From Nannocystales bacterium (GTDB lineage: Bacteria > Myxococcota_A > Polyangia > Nannocystales > Nannocystaceae): 64,000 bases of DNA. The position numbers were made by a program, and so were the translations under genes. Positions 39,190 through 49,800 of this stretch are shown piece after piece (the stretch's first letter is position 1; the number at the start of each line of letters is the position of its first letter). The DNA is taken from the NCBI GenBank assembly GCA_050633305.1, contig JBOEGF010000026.1:1-64000 (forward strand), read 5' to 3'. The notes beneath the pieces are model-generated. The model was not told the DNA's origin and ran no database searches. It worked only from the letters and a program-made list of their open reading frames with translations.

Positions 39190-40875
39190 TTATTCGGCCG
39201 TCTCGTTGCGGCGGTATCGGAAGGCTTCTTCGGAAGCGAAGGACAGCATGAGCGCGGAGAAGTCGAAGTCCCCCTGCGCGCCGTTTTGTTCGACCACAAA
39301 GTCGATGAAGGAATCGTCGACGGTCGCCAGCTCGGAGCGGCCCATCGCGAAACGGTAGAGCTGTTCGGCCACGCAGCGGTTGAGCGTGCCCGAATCGATG
39401 AGGAGCTCGGAGAGCTCGGATGGCCCGGAGAATGGGCTGCCGTCCAGCTCACCCTCTCCGGAGATGACACAGCTTTCGTCATCGTTCTCGACCTCGCGGA
39501 ATGCTCCGGTGTGGTCGTAGTTCTCGAGCCCGAACCCGATCGGGTCCATCAGGGCGTGACACGAGACGCAGCCCGGAGCGCTGAGGTGCTGCTCCTTGTA
39601 GAAGTCTTCTTTGCACGTGCCTTCCTCGGGCTCGGTCATGTCGACGTCGACCGTGGGAGGGGGCGGCGGGATAACCTGGCACATCATCCGTGTGCGAACG
39701 AGGATTCCGCGCTTGGTCGGGCTGGAGTCGTCGATCTTGGACATCGAGGACAAGAACGACCCGTGCGACAGCAATCCGCGGCGCCCGGTGTCGCCGTAGT
39801 CGACCCAACCGGGCTCGGTGGGAGCGGGCAGGCCGTAGTGCTCGGCCAGGGTTGCGTCGACATAGGTGGTGTCGGAACGGAGCAAGTCCTGCCAGGGGAG
39901 TGCGTCGTCGAAGATGACTCGATCGATGAGCGCCTGCGTTTCGGCCTGCATGGCCGAGGACAGGTCCGGCGCATGCGGGAGTGACTCGTAGCCGAGCCAC
40001 AGCGAGTGAAATCGTCCGATGCGGGTTCGAGCCCGCTCGTCGAGCAGCATGTCCTCGGCGGCTTCGCGAATGCCCTCGGGGTTGGAGAGGCCGCCGGCTT
40101 CGGCGCGGTCGAGCAGTCCGTCGCTCGGTGTGCTGCCCCAAATGAGGTACGACAGGCGCGTGGCGACCTCGTAGTCGTTCAGCGCGAACACATCGGGAAT
40201 CCCGTCGACCGGAGTCCCGACCTCGACTCGGTAGAGAAACTCCGGATGTTGGAGCAGCGCGCGGATGGCAACGTTGACCGCGTCGTAGAAGTCGCCCGTC
40301 TCCTCTGCCTCGGAGAGGAGTGCTCCGTAGCGAGAGAGGTCGTCATCGCTCATCGGCCGTCGAAGAGCGCGGCGGCCGAACTGGGTGAGGAAGTCCTGAA
40401 AACACGCTGCGTCGGTTGGACCCGCCGGTGTGCATCCCACGGTGGCGTCGCGGAGCGCCGGCTCGAGCGCGAGCTCTGCCACGTCCGACGCGAGCAGCTC
40501 GGCGCCGTCGATCAGCGCTCCACTGGCGTTCTGAGTGGTGTAGTCGTTGTCGAAGGGCTGGCGCCAGTCCTCGGGAAGGAGGAGCGCAGCATCCACGTCG
40601 ACACCGAGCAAGTCGCGCACCGTGGCGGAGTACTCGACCGCGGTCAGGCGGCGCAGCCCAGCGTCTCCGATGCGTTCTAGGACCTCCGCTGGCGGGGGCT
40701 CGGACGGTTCGCCGGAATCGGAGTCGGTACCGCCGGAGCTGTCGGGTCCGTCGGAGTCCTGCCCCGAACCGTCGGAGTCGACTCCCGTCATTGATGAGTC
40801 GGCGTCGGCGCCGACATAGCAGCCGGAACTCCCCCCGATCGTTACCAAACTCAGCGATAGCAGAGCCCGGCGCAC
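39190..40875 (-). CDS. DUF1592/DUF1588/DUF1595 family lipoprotein with CxxCH motif
   Basis: LRRLT..EY..TVRDL, FGRRALRRP, P.FLYRVE, ATRLSY..W...P, R.GLL....FL, SPT.RG, CVSCH..MDPIGFGLENYD. Start 40875 or 40899. Confidence 0.9.
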   Translation of the reverse strand: MRRALLSLSLVTIGGSSGCYVGADADSSMTGVDSDGSGQDSDGPDSSGGTDSDSGEPSEPPPAEVLERIGDAGLRRLTAVEYSATVRDLLGVDVDAALLLPEDWRQPFDNDYTTQNASGALIDGAELLASDVAELALEPALRDATVGCTPAGPTDAACFQDFLTQFGRRALRRPMSDDDLSRYGALLSEAEETGDFYDAVNVAIRALLQHPEFLYRVEVGTPVDGIPDVFALNDYEVATRLSYLIWGSTPSDGLLDRAEAGGLSNPEGIREAAEDMLLDERARTRIGRFHSLWLGYESLPHAPDLSSAMQAETQALIDRVIFDDALPWQDLLRSDTTYVDATLAEHYGLPAPTEPGWVDYGDTGRRGLLSHGSFLSSMSKIDDSSPTKRGILVRTRMMCQVIPPPPPTVDVDMTEPEEGTCKEDFYKEQHLSAPGCVSCHALMDPIGFGLENYDHTGAFREVENDDESCVISGEGELDGSPFSGPSELSELLIDSGTLNRCVAEQLYRFAMGRSELATVDDSFIDFVVEQNGAQGDFDFSALMLSFASEEAFRYRRNETAE

Positions 40876-41047
40876 CCTCGTCGTTCGTGCCACGTACACA
40901 AGTTGTCCGAGCGGCCAAAACGTCCCGATGTTTTCTGCTGTTTAATTCGTGGTGTCGGCTACATACGCCGCGAGCTCGCAGCGGGGCCGCATCGCCCCAT
41001 GTACGGAACAGTAGGAGGCCCGCGTGGTATGGTCCTCGACTCTGACG

Positions 41048-41692
41048 ATGGGGGAAGCGACGGACGCCGAGCTGCTGGAGCGGTGGCGAAACGGCGATAG
41101 GAGGGCGTCTGAGGCTCTTACGCGCCGGCACTACGGATCTGTCCTCCGCTACTTCGAGCTCAACGCGAGCTGGGCTGCGGACGATTTGGCTCAGAAGACC
41201 TTCATGGCGGCGGTGGAGCGGGCCGAGCAAGTCCGGGACGGGGCGGCGTTTCGCGCCTACCTCATGGGGATCGCGCGGCGGCAGCTCGCAATGCATCTAC
41301 GAGAACTGTCGCGCCAAGCTCCCGTCGATGCGTACGACGCCTGCGACAACGGACCCCCGCGGACCAAGCTGAGCACGATCGTCGCGCGCAGCCACGAACA
41401 ACTCCTCGCCTTGCGCGCCCTCGCGAGTCTGCCGCGGCAGCCCCAGCTCCTACTCATCCTCCACTATTGGGAGGCCGTGCGAACCCCTCAGCTCGCCGGG
41501 CACTACGGCGTTCCGGCGAGCACGATCCGGACTCGGCTGGCGCGGGCTCGCGACAAGATGCGTGAACGGATGAAGGTCATGGCCGGTCGGGCACCTCAGC
41601 TTCCCTCCAGCGATGCGGAGCTCGGGGCGCTGTTCTCCGCGCTGACCGTCGACGACATCGCTACGGCCGTCGCGCAGAGAGATGCTCCATGA
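41048..41692 (+). CDS. ECF sigma-70 factor
   Basis: DAELL.RW..GD..A, DDLAQKTF, FRAYL.GIAR, L..LP......L.L.YW, TIRTRL.RAR. Confidence 0.88.
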   Translation: MGEATDAELLERWRNGDRRASEALTRRHYGSVLRYFELNASWAADDLAQKTFMAAVERAEQVRDGAAFRAYLMGIARRQLAMHLRELSRQAPVDAYDACDNGPPRTKLSTIVARSHEQLLALRALASLPRQPQLLLILHYWEAVRTPQLAGHYGVPASTIRTRLARARDKMRERMKVMAGRAPQLPSSDAELGALFSALTVDDIATAVAQRDAP

Positions 41693-43101
41693 CTGCCGAA
41701 GCGCCGGGCATGCTGCCGGTCGGTAGCCATGTCGGCCGCTACCAGATCATTCGTCGCCTCGCGCTGGGGGGGATGGCTGAGCTGTACCTGGCGCGACAGC
41801 TGGGTGACGCTGGATATGAAAAGGTCGTCGCACTCAAGCGAGTGCTGCCCCACCTCGCCGAGGACCCTGCATTCGTCACGATGTTCCTCAACGAGGCTCG
41901 TCTGGCATCGGGGTTGAACCACTCGGGCATCGCACAGGTGATCGACTTCGGGACCGAAGCCGGGGAGCACTTCATGACGCTCGAGTATGTGCATGGGCGT
42001 AGCGTGCTGCAGCTCCTGCGCGAGGCCGGGCGTTCGCTTCCTCGGGCCGTGGCGCTGACGATCATTCATGAGGTCGCCGGAGCGCTTCACTACGCTCACG
42101 AACGCAACGGACCCGACGGTCAGCGGCTGGGGCTGGTCCACCGGGATGTTTCTCCCTCCAACGTGCTGGTCAGCTACGACGGCGACGTGAAGCTCGTCGA
42201 CTTCGGCATCGCCAAGGCCACCGCGCATAGCCAAGCGACGCAGACCGCAGCGATCAAGGGCAAGATCGCCTACATGGCTCCCGAGCAGCTGCGTGGGGAC
42301 ACACTGGATCGCCGATCCGACGTGTTCGCGCTGTGCGTGGTGTTGTACGAGTTGGTGCTCGGCAAGCGCTGTTTCTCGGCCCCCGGCGAGTTTGCGCTGA
42401 TCAACCGCGTGGCTGAGGCCCGGTTCACGAAGCCCTCCAAGGTCGATCCCGACATCGAGCCCGAACTCGAGGCGCTGATCTCCGATGGGCTGTCCGCCGA
42501 CCCCGACGGACGGCCAAAGTCCGCTCGAGAGCTGCAGCTGCGGATCGAAGACTTGGCGTCGACGCATGAGCTTCGCTTGTCCAAGGTGGCGCTCGCGGAG
42601 TTCATGGAAAAGACGTTCGGTATCGTGGACTTCCCACGCACCGATGCCCTGCCGCTCCCTGCGGTCTGGCCCGCAGAGCCGGCCCCCGCCGTCGTCGAAG
42701 CGACGCCGATCCGCCGAAGTCGAACCTCGTGGCCCTGGCTCGTCGTGGCCCTGGCCGTGGGCGTGACCGGTGGCATTGCCGCGGTCACGATGACGGGCGA
42801 GCGGCCATCGGAAGCCCCCGCCACAGCCGTAGAAAGCGCGCCTCCACCCTCGCCGGTGCCCTCCGAGCCTCAGCCTGCCCCGGCCGTCGTCGCGCCCCAA
42901 ACCACGGAAAACGTGGCGGAAGAGAACACGGCCGAGCCCGAGAAGGACAACGTCATCGTCGAACTCGAGCCCGAGCCTCCAGCCCGTCCGCGCCCGAGCC
43001 GGAAGAAGAAGCGGCGACGTCGAGCTGCGACGAAGGGCAAGCCGGCGGACAAGCCCAGCCTCGACGCCGACTACCTTCCGCCCTCGCGACGTTCGGGCTG
43101 A
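41689..43101 (+). CDS. Membrane Ser/Thr protein kinase
   Basis: LALGGMAE, VALK, HRDVSPSN, DFGIAK, KGK.AYMAPE; TM helix; Pro-rich tail. ATGA overlap with the ECF gene. Confidence 0.93.
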   Translation: MTAEAPGMLPVGSHVGRYQIIRRLALGGMAELYLARQLGDAGYEKVVALKRVLPHLAEDPAFVTMFLNEARLASGLNHSGIAQVIDFGTEAGEHFMTLEYVHGRSVLQLLREAGRSLPRAVALTIIHEVAGALHYAHERNGPDGQRLGLVHRDVSPSNVLVSYDGDVKLVDFGIAKATAHSQATQTAAIKGKIAYMAPEQLRGDTLDRRSDVFALCVVLYELVLGKRCFSAPGEFALINRVAEARFTKPSKVDPDIEPELEALISDGLSADPDGRPKSARELQLRIEDLASTHELRLSKVALAEFMEKTFGIVDFPRTDALPLPAVWPAEPAPAVVEATPIRRSRTSWPWLVVALAVGVTGGIAAVTMTGERPSEAPATAVESAPPPSPVPSEPQPAPAVVAPQTTENVAEENTAEPEKDNVIVELEPEPPARPRPSRKKKRRRRAATKGKPADKPSLDADYLPPSRRSG

Positions 43102-43102
43102 G

Positions 43103-43849
43103 GTGCTGTACGGTGCGGGGGCCGTGCTTCGCACTCGGTCCAAGCCTCGGGCTCTCGTGGCCCTCGCGCTCGTCGGCACGCTCGTCCGCGCGTCCACGGT
43201 CACGGCAGCGCCCGCCGTCAGCGAAGACCCCATCGAGCTGATCCGTCAGGGCCGTCATCTCGATGCTGCCGCAGCGTTTGAGCGACAGTACGAGCGCACC
43301 GGAGACGGCGCGCTGTTGTTCGCGAAGGCGACCGCGCTGCGACGAGGGGGAGATTGCCGTGGCGCGATCGAGACGTTGGAGCGTTTTGTCGAGACCCAAC
43401 CTCCTCAGCCCGATATCGAGGCGGCGCGCGAGGTCATCGACGTCTGCACCGAGATCCTATCGAACGGAGAGCCCGAACCCCTCCCTCCGCCTCCGCCGGT
43501 TCTCGTCGTAGCTCCCGAGTCCGCGGACGCGCCCCCGCCCCGAGAGCGCGCATGGACCCGGGATGTCCCAGGCGGTGTTTTGCTGGGCAGTGGCGTGGCC
43601 GTGACGGTTGGAGGTGTGGTGTTGCTGGGGCTTGCCGCGACACGCAGCCAACCTCGGGAGGAGAGCGAGGCTGGGTTTGAGCGTCGGGACCAGGCGGTCC
43701 GAACCCTCTCTGCGGTTGGTGGGTCCATGGCCGCGGCCGGAGCCGCGCTCTTGATCGGCAGCATCGTCCGCTACACGGTCGTGGCGCGGCGCAGGGAGTC
43801 TCAGCCGACCGCGCGCCTCCGGCTACGCGGAATCCACGCCGTCCGCTGA
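43103..43849 (+). CDS. Secreted/membrane TPR-like protein of an ECF-kinase module
   Basis: Signal peptide, TPR-like helices (AAAAFERQYE...LLFAKA.ALR..GDC..AI), two C-terminal Gly-rich hydrophobic helices. Confidence 0.7.
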   Translation: MLYGAGAVLRTRSKPRALVALALVGTLVRASTVTAAPAVSEDPIELIRQGRHLDAAAAFERQYERTGDGALLFAKATALRRGGDCRGAIETLERFVETQPPQPDIEAAREVIDVCTEILSNGEPEPLPPPPPVLVVAPESADAPPPRERAWTRDVPGGVLLGSGVAVTVGGVVLLGLAATRSQPREESEAGFERRDQAVRTLSAVGGSMAAAGAALLIGSIVRYTVVARRRESQPTARLRLRGIHAVR

Positions 43850-43879
43850 ATCGCGCTTTCGCGGAGACGTCTACTCGCC

Positions 43880-44377
43880 GTGCGGACCTTTCAGCGACGC
43901 TCTCGAGCCATCTGCTTTGTGCTGGACACGGTTGCGTTCTGTGCGGTGTGGGCGCTGGCAGGGAGCTTGATCTTGGAGGTGTTGGCGGTTGTCTCCCCCG
44001 ACAACCCGTGGGGCTCGCTGGCGTTCGCGATCGCCTTCGGGTTTGTAGGAGCGGCGGTGGGACTCGCGCTGGTGGAGGCGAAATGCGGGCACACCCTCGG
44101 TCGGCAGTTCACCGGCCTCGTCGTGGTCGGGGCCGACGCAAACCCGCTCTCGGGCCGTCGGGTGGTCCTGCGTGCGCTCATCAAGTTGGGCGTGCTGGGC
44201 CTGGTGGCTCACGTCGCCGCAGATCTCGATGGTGCCGGCGCCCTGTTCGTGTTGTTCGGCTACGCGCTCGTCAACGCGGCGGTCTGCGCACTTCGCAGTG
44301 ACGGGCGGGGACTCATCGACCTCTTGGCTGGGACCCAGTCGACGGTGCCGCAGGCGGTGGGCGGGGCTCCGCTCTAA
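43880..44377 (+). CDS. RDD family membrane protein
   Basis: RR..A...D, G.TLG....GL.VV, R.L.K, L.DLLAGT. Confidence 0.75.
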   Translation: MRTFQRRSRAICFVLDTVAFCAVWALAGSLILEVLAVVSPDNPWGSLAFAIAFGFVGAAVGLALVEAKCGHTLGRQFTGLVVVGADANPLSGRRVVLRALIKLGVLGLVAHVAADLDGAGALFVLFGYALVNAAVCALRSDGRGLIDLLAGTQSTVPQAVGGAPL

Positions 44378-45297
44378 CCCGCGACGCCCTCGCCAAGCAC
44401 CTCGAGGAACTCGGCGATCGACATCTCTCCGGGTTCCCGGAGTGCGTTGCGGACGGGCTCGTCCAGTTTCTCCCACGCTGACTTGCGCGAGCTCTCTGAG
44501 CTCGTCTCCGTTCGCCAGATCTTCTGGTTTTGGGAGTGCGGCGCAGCCATGGATACGAGCAGCTTGCTGTCCGGGGCGCCGGGGATGACCAAGACGCGTT
44601 GCGACGCGACGTCCCAGAATGCGGACACGGGTCCTTGGCTCTTGGGCAGCCGGGCCTCGACCGCCGCGGTCCAGAACGAGAGCTCCACGTCACTGGTCAC
44701 CGTCGCATCGATCGCCGTGGGGCGTCCGGGTCCGTCTCGCCGGGATTGCTCGCAGGCCCGCTGAAGCACGTTGATCCCGTACGCGCGCTCGGCCGGGTCG
44801 ACGAAGATGCGGGAGAGCACCTGCTCGACACCGACGGTCCGTAGGGCCTCGGCACTGGTGGCCCGTCCTTCCTTGATCGTGCTCCCGCCGGGCTTTTGGA
44901 CTCTGGCGACCGCCGACTTCAGAGAGTCTCGCGAGGTCTCGAGCGCTGTCATCGCCAGCATGGAGAGCTGGGTGAGGGCAGGGCGAAACGCCTCGGCGAG
45001 CAGCGACACCGCGGTCGTTTCGACGACTCCGTACTCGCAGTACACGGCGAGCGGGAAGTTGCGGCCGACTTTGTCGCGGCTGCCGACGATGACGCCGATC
45101 AGCAGGGAGTGCGCGTCTTCGTCTCGGTAGCAGAAACCCAACGGTGTGGAGGAGAGCTTGACCGCGGCGCGGGCGAGCTGATCGTTGGCCATCTGCAGCC
45201 ACCGCTCAAACGAGCGATCGGTCGCGCCGCTCGAACCGATTCGGATGAACTCGGGGTAGGACGGGATCTTGCCAAAAACGCCGATACCGATCGTCAT
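44374..45297 (-). CDS. tagF: Type VI secretion-associated regulator TagF
   Basis: GVFGKIPS..EFI and SRDKVGRNFPL motifs; follows tssK. Confidence 0.88.
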   Translation of the reverse strand: MTIGIGVFGKIPSYPEFIRIGSSGATDRSFERWLQMANDQLARAAVKLSSTPLGFCYRDEDAHSLLIGVIVGSRDKVGRNFPLAVYCEYGVVETTAVSLLAEAFRPALTQLSMLAMTALETSRDSLKSAVARVQKPGGSTIKEGRATSAEALRTVGVEQVLSRIFVDPAERAYGINVLQRACEQSRRDGPGRPTAIDATVTSDVELSFWTAAVEARLPKSQGPVSAFWDVASQRVLVIPGAPDSKLLVSMAAPHSQNQKIWRTETSSESSRKSAWEKLDEPVRNALREPGEMSIAEFLEVLGEGVAG

Positions 45298-45348
45298 GGG
45301 TCACCCCCGAGTTGCACGCGACTGCTGCTCCACTGTTTCATCGGCTTC

Positions 45349-46725
45349 TCATTTCCGGGACACCGTGGGAATGGCAAACAGGCGGGCTTTCGCGCGGCTG
45401 GAGTCGAACGGTGGGGGGAGGAAGATGGCGATCGTCTTCTCGCGGAGAATCTGCTCCCAGTATTCGTGCGAGGTATCGATGACGAAGTAGACCTCGTGCG
45501 GCCGGATCGGGACTTCGGGGGGCGGACGGTGGGACGCCTTGATCGGTGCCCCGGGGATCGCGGAGCGGACGATCTTGGGAATCTGCTTCCACGACGCGAC
45601 CTTGGACAGGTGCGGGACTCGGTTGGCGACCTCCTGCTGGGGCGCGTTGGCATCGAGCGCGAGCACGAACACCGGGCAGTCCAGCAGCCGCTGGTCCTTG
45701 AGCATCGCGATCCACATGCCGTCGCGTCGCGCTTCGAGCGTGACCTCGAGGAAGTTCTCGGCCATCGCAAGCTCGAGCAGGGAGCGAAGCTTGCTGAACA
45801 GCTCGGAGAAGGTCTCGCGGAGGTCGCCGTGGCTGTAGGTCGGAAGCTCCTCGGGGGCGATGTCCGCCGAGAACGTGGTGAGGTGCCCCGCGAGCTGGCT
45901 GAGGGTCTTGTACAGCTCGAAGGGGGTGGACTCGGGAGATTCGGAGAAGTGGCGGACGACAGGGATCTGCGCCGCGATGGCGGCGAGCTGCAGCGAACGG
46001 GTCACGTCCTGTGCGGTGTACTCCACGCGGGACGAGTCGACCTGCCGCAGTGCGCCCGAGATGGCGCGACGCTTGGCGACCATCAGCTTGAGCAGATCCG
46101 AGGTCCATGTCCGAAGCGCCTTCGCGCCCGAGAGCCGCTGGCAAGTCGGAACGAAGTCGGTGGTGAGCTCGAACCCGCCGGAGTCATCGCGCCGAAGCTC
46201 GGCGATCTTGATGACGTGAAAGTGGTCTCGGTTCTCGCTCCCGAACAGGATGACGAGCTTGGGCCGGGCGAACGAGACGCTCACTTCCGTCGCGGCGTCG
46301 ACGAGGTCGAGGACATCCCGGGACCACATCTCAAAACTTCGCGGGGTGGATCCGGCGTCGGCGGGGCCGTAGTTCTCCGAGCCCTCCTGTGCGTGCGGAA
46401 CCCCGGCGAAGACTTCGAGTACGGCGGCGGTTGATTCGAACGCGGAGCCGACCGGTCGAGTGCCGGGCAGTCCCGGATCGCCCTCGTCCAGGTCGACGGC
46501 GATGCCTCCGGGGAGCACCGCTTGGATCGACTTGATGCCGAACTCTCCGGTCTTGAGCGCCACCGGGTCCAGCTCCAGCTTGGTCAGCCCCCACGCGTAC
46601 GCGTTCGGCCACGTCGACCGCGCTTCGACAAGCTCGTGGAAGTAGAGCTCTTGTTGCTGAAAGTGCTGCGGGCAGACGAGAAGCCCCTCGCCCCACACGA
46701 CTCTATGTGCACGCCGTTTGGCCAT
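45349..46725 (-). CDS. tssK: Type VI secretion baseplate connector TssK
   Basis: VVWGEGL...PQHFQQQ, WG...L..D, P.G, F.P, P.Y.H.DL...F, PPPEVP......YF. Confidence 0.93.
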   Translation of the reverse strand: MAKRRAHRVVWGEGLLVCPQHFQQQELYFHELVEARSTWPNAYAWGLTKLELDPVALKTGEFGIKSIQAVLPGGIAVDLDEGDPGLPGTRPVGSAFESTAAVLEVFAGVPHAQEGSENYGPADAGSTPRSFEMWSRDVLDLVDAATEVSVSFARPKLVILFGSENRDHFHVIKIAELRRDDSGGFELTTDFVPTCQRLSGAKALRTWTSDLLKLMVAKRRAISGALRQVDSSRVEYTAQDVTRSLQLAAIAAQIPVVRHFSESPESTPFELYKTLSQLAGHLTTFSADIAPEELPTYSHGDLRETFSELFSKLRSLLELAMAENFLEVTLEARRDGMWIAMLKDQRLLDCPVFVLALDANAPQQEVANRVPHLSKVASWKQIPKIVRSAIPGAPIKASHRPPPEVPIRPHEVYFVIDTSHEYWEQILREKTIAIFLPPPFDSSRAKARLFAIPTVSRK

Positions 46726-46863
46726 CAGTTCTGCTTCTTCTGGGAACGAGCGGCGCGTCTACGCAACGGACTTCCCAGACCCGCCCATCATAGACATCCC
46801 CGGCGCACGGAGAGAAGGTGAAATGACGCCTCCGCGGTCGTTTCGAGTCGCCGCCCCGCTCGG

Positions 46864-49800
46864 CTAGCGCCTGCAGGGGGTGCCGCGGGCGATGATTGAG
46901 CGGGGAGGCCGGACAGCTCCGGTCCTGAAGATCGACATGAACTTGCTGCTGCCCCCAAGCCCGAAGAAGGGCGTGTGCACGCTGCGGGCCTCGAAAATGA
47001 TCTCCAGCGTGCCCAGCTTGGCCCCAGAGAAGTCCCAGACCGCCTTGAACTTGCGGGTGCCGGGCTTTCCGCGGACGACTTTGCCCTGCTCGAGCAGTTG
47101 CATCAGCCCCCACTCGCCCCGGAACTCCAGGCTGTCTTTCGTGCTGAAGCCGAAGACCTCGAGCGTGGCGCCCGGGGACTTCTCTCCGGGCCACTGCATC
47201 TCATGGGGCGTGAGCGGGCCCGTGCGATAGGTGACGGTCTCGCCGTCGATCGTGAAGTTTGCCTTCGTGATCGCGGGTGAGCCCTTGATGGTCACCTCGA
47301 ACTCGACGAGCGGCTCGTCGGACCCCCGCGGGAACATCGACTTGGAGATTTGCTCGCTGGCGTTGAGGAAGTCGACGGTCGTGCCGTGGAAGGTGCTGCT
47401 GGATGTTCCCCGGGGAGCGAGGACGAACTTCTTGCCCCGACGTGGGATCGCAGGCTCGAGAACCTTCTCGTAGAAGTCCCAGAGCGAGCCGGTCTTGGGG
47501 TGGTAGAAATCCGTCAGGTCGTCGAGCGCGACCGGCTCTCCCTTGGGGTTGAACGGGTAGCCTTGGGCGAGCGTGTCGCCGAAGTCGGCGTGGACCTCGC
47601 TGCACCACTTGCCCATGACTCCGGCGGCGACCTTCGTCTTCGCCGTCGAGCCGGAAAGGTCGATCGGTGGCAACAGCAGCCGTTCGAGGGTCGGCGCCCA
47701 GATGTTGCTCGTCTCCGCCGAGAGCAGAGACTTCGTCTTGGACCGCGCCTTCTTGATCTTCTCGGTGGTGTTGTCCTTGGCGTCCGGATCAGCGAGCTCG
47801 GCCTCCATCGCATCCCGAACGTAGCGGAGCTGCTCTTGGTACTCGTCCAGCGGCTTCACGGTTGGGGGAGGGGGCGGCGCGCCATCGACGGCTGGCGGTG
47901 CCGGCTCGGCCACCGCAAAGTCCGTGAGCGGCTTGAAGTACTGGTAGACGGTGTACTCCGAGGCGACCGCGACATCGTTCGGGTCGGCCACGGCTTGTCG
48001 CTTCATGGCGTTGTCCGCAGCGATGTCGATCAGCTGGGTGCTGAGTCCCAGCTTCCCCGCGCCTGAGCTCGTGACGAGCTTCTGGCCCTTCTGCGTGGCG
48101 ACGCGTTTTCCGGCGCTCTGAAGTGCGGTCTTGAGAGGATCGTTTCCCTCTCCCGGGGCACCGCCTGCGGCAAGCTCGGCAGGGTCGAACAAGGTCGTGT
48201 GGTGGGCGACGTACTGGAAGAGCCGGGGGTAGGGGTCTTTGCGGGTGAGATCCCGCAGCAGCTCGAGCGTGTCGGTGTAGCCCTTGCCTCCGGGTGTTTG
48301 CACATTGACGGCCTCGATGAAGGTTCGCCACTCGTGCATGTACAGCCGGTAGTACTCCGACTGGATCGCGATGACCTCCTGCTCCTCGAGCTCTTCGGCG
48401 AGTCCGACGCCCTGTGCCAGGACCCACGTGGGGTCCAAGAACGCTTCGATGCCCGTCTTGAACAGGGGCTGCACCTGGTTCTTGAACCCCTTTCTGGTGA
48501 AGGCCGGGCGAATCTTCTTGCCGTCGTTGGTGACCGCAGGGACCTGAAACATGCTGGTCAGCGTCAGGGCAGGTCCGGTCACGGAGTCGACGATGTGGTT
48601 GGTGATCGCCTCGGTCCGATCGACGCGCGAAAGGACATCTCGTGCGAGCTGAACGACATCCTCATCGCGAGGGAAGGCAAGGTCGGGTCGCGAAGCGAGC
48701 AAGCGCAGGTAGGTCGAAGCGACCTTGTCGATGCTTTCCCGACTGGTGGGCTCGCCCGAGAGCAGGATGGGCGCCTCCCAAAGGTTGCCCAGGTGGTCTG
48801 TCAGCCACGCGGCTTCCTCTTCGTCGAGTCCCGGTTCGGAGGCCTCTGGAGGGCCCGAGGTGAGCAGGTACATCCGCAGCCGCGCAAAGTTGTCCTCGTA
48901 CTCCTCGAGCGAGGGGGTCTTGTCGTTCATCTTGTAGCGTTGGACGAACCGATCCAACGCCTCGAGTTCGCGTCCCGCGACGGGGATGTGGAGTTCCCGT
49001 CGGACGGTGTCGATGAAGACGTCCCGGAGGCGGGGATACATTCGTCCGCCCTGGTACATGCCCATCCGCATCGACCACGGCGGACCATCCTCGTCGTAGG
49101 TCTGGAGCATGTCGACCATCCGCCGGAGCGGCTCGATGCGCTCCATGGGGATGACGTCGCCTGAATCCTCTGCGAGGTGTTGCTCGACGTACGCGAGGGA
49201 AGTTCCGCCCTGCCCGAGGACGTCCCGGTTGTGGCGGTAGGACATCAGCGGCAGGACGACCGTGGCGATCGCGGCCACGAGGGCGACGGCTCCGGCAATG
49301 GTTCCGCCGATGCGGAGCTTGCGGGTGCGGCGTCGGTTATGCCGAACCAGGGCGTAGTCGGGGAAGATGACGCGCCGGAAGATCTCGCCGAGGAAGTAGC
49401 TCTTCGCATCGACGGGCGCCACGGTTGCACCGCCGATGGTGGGGCGCAGACCGAACGCTTCGGAGATGGCGCTCATGATGCGCCCCAGCGGTCGACCCTC
49501 TTGGGTACCACTGGTCATGTAGACGCCGCGGAGGATCGGGGTCTCGTGATAGATGTTCGGCTCGGTCATCTCGTGCATGAACCGAGCGATCGGCTCACGC
49601 AGCGAGGCGAAGTATTGAGGAAGCTCGTGCAGCCGCTCGCGACGGGCCATGCTTCGCTCCTCGGCCAGACGACGGAGCGTGCGCTTTTCGAGCAACGAGC
49701 TGAGCTCGTCGAGATGCTCGCTGCACTGATCCGCGATCGAGAGCTGGTCGGACACCTTGAGGGTGAAGCCCCACATCTGGTGCCGCTCCACCTCACTCAG

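Noticed and set aside
45298..45351. Possible stop-codon read-through of tssK (TGA followed by 15 in-frame sense codons ending just before tagF)
   Set aside because: A 15-codon open stretch is common by chance at this GC content, and TssK already appears complete.
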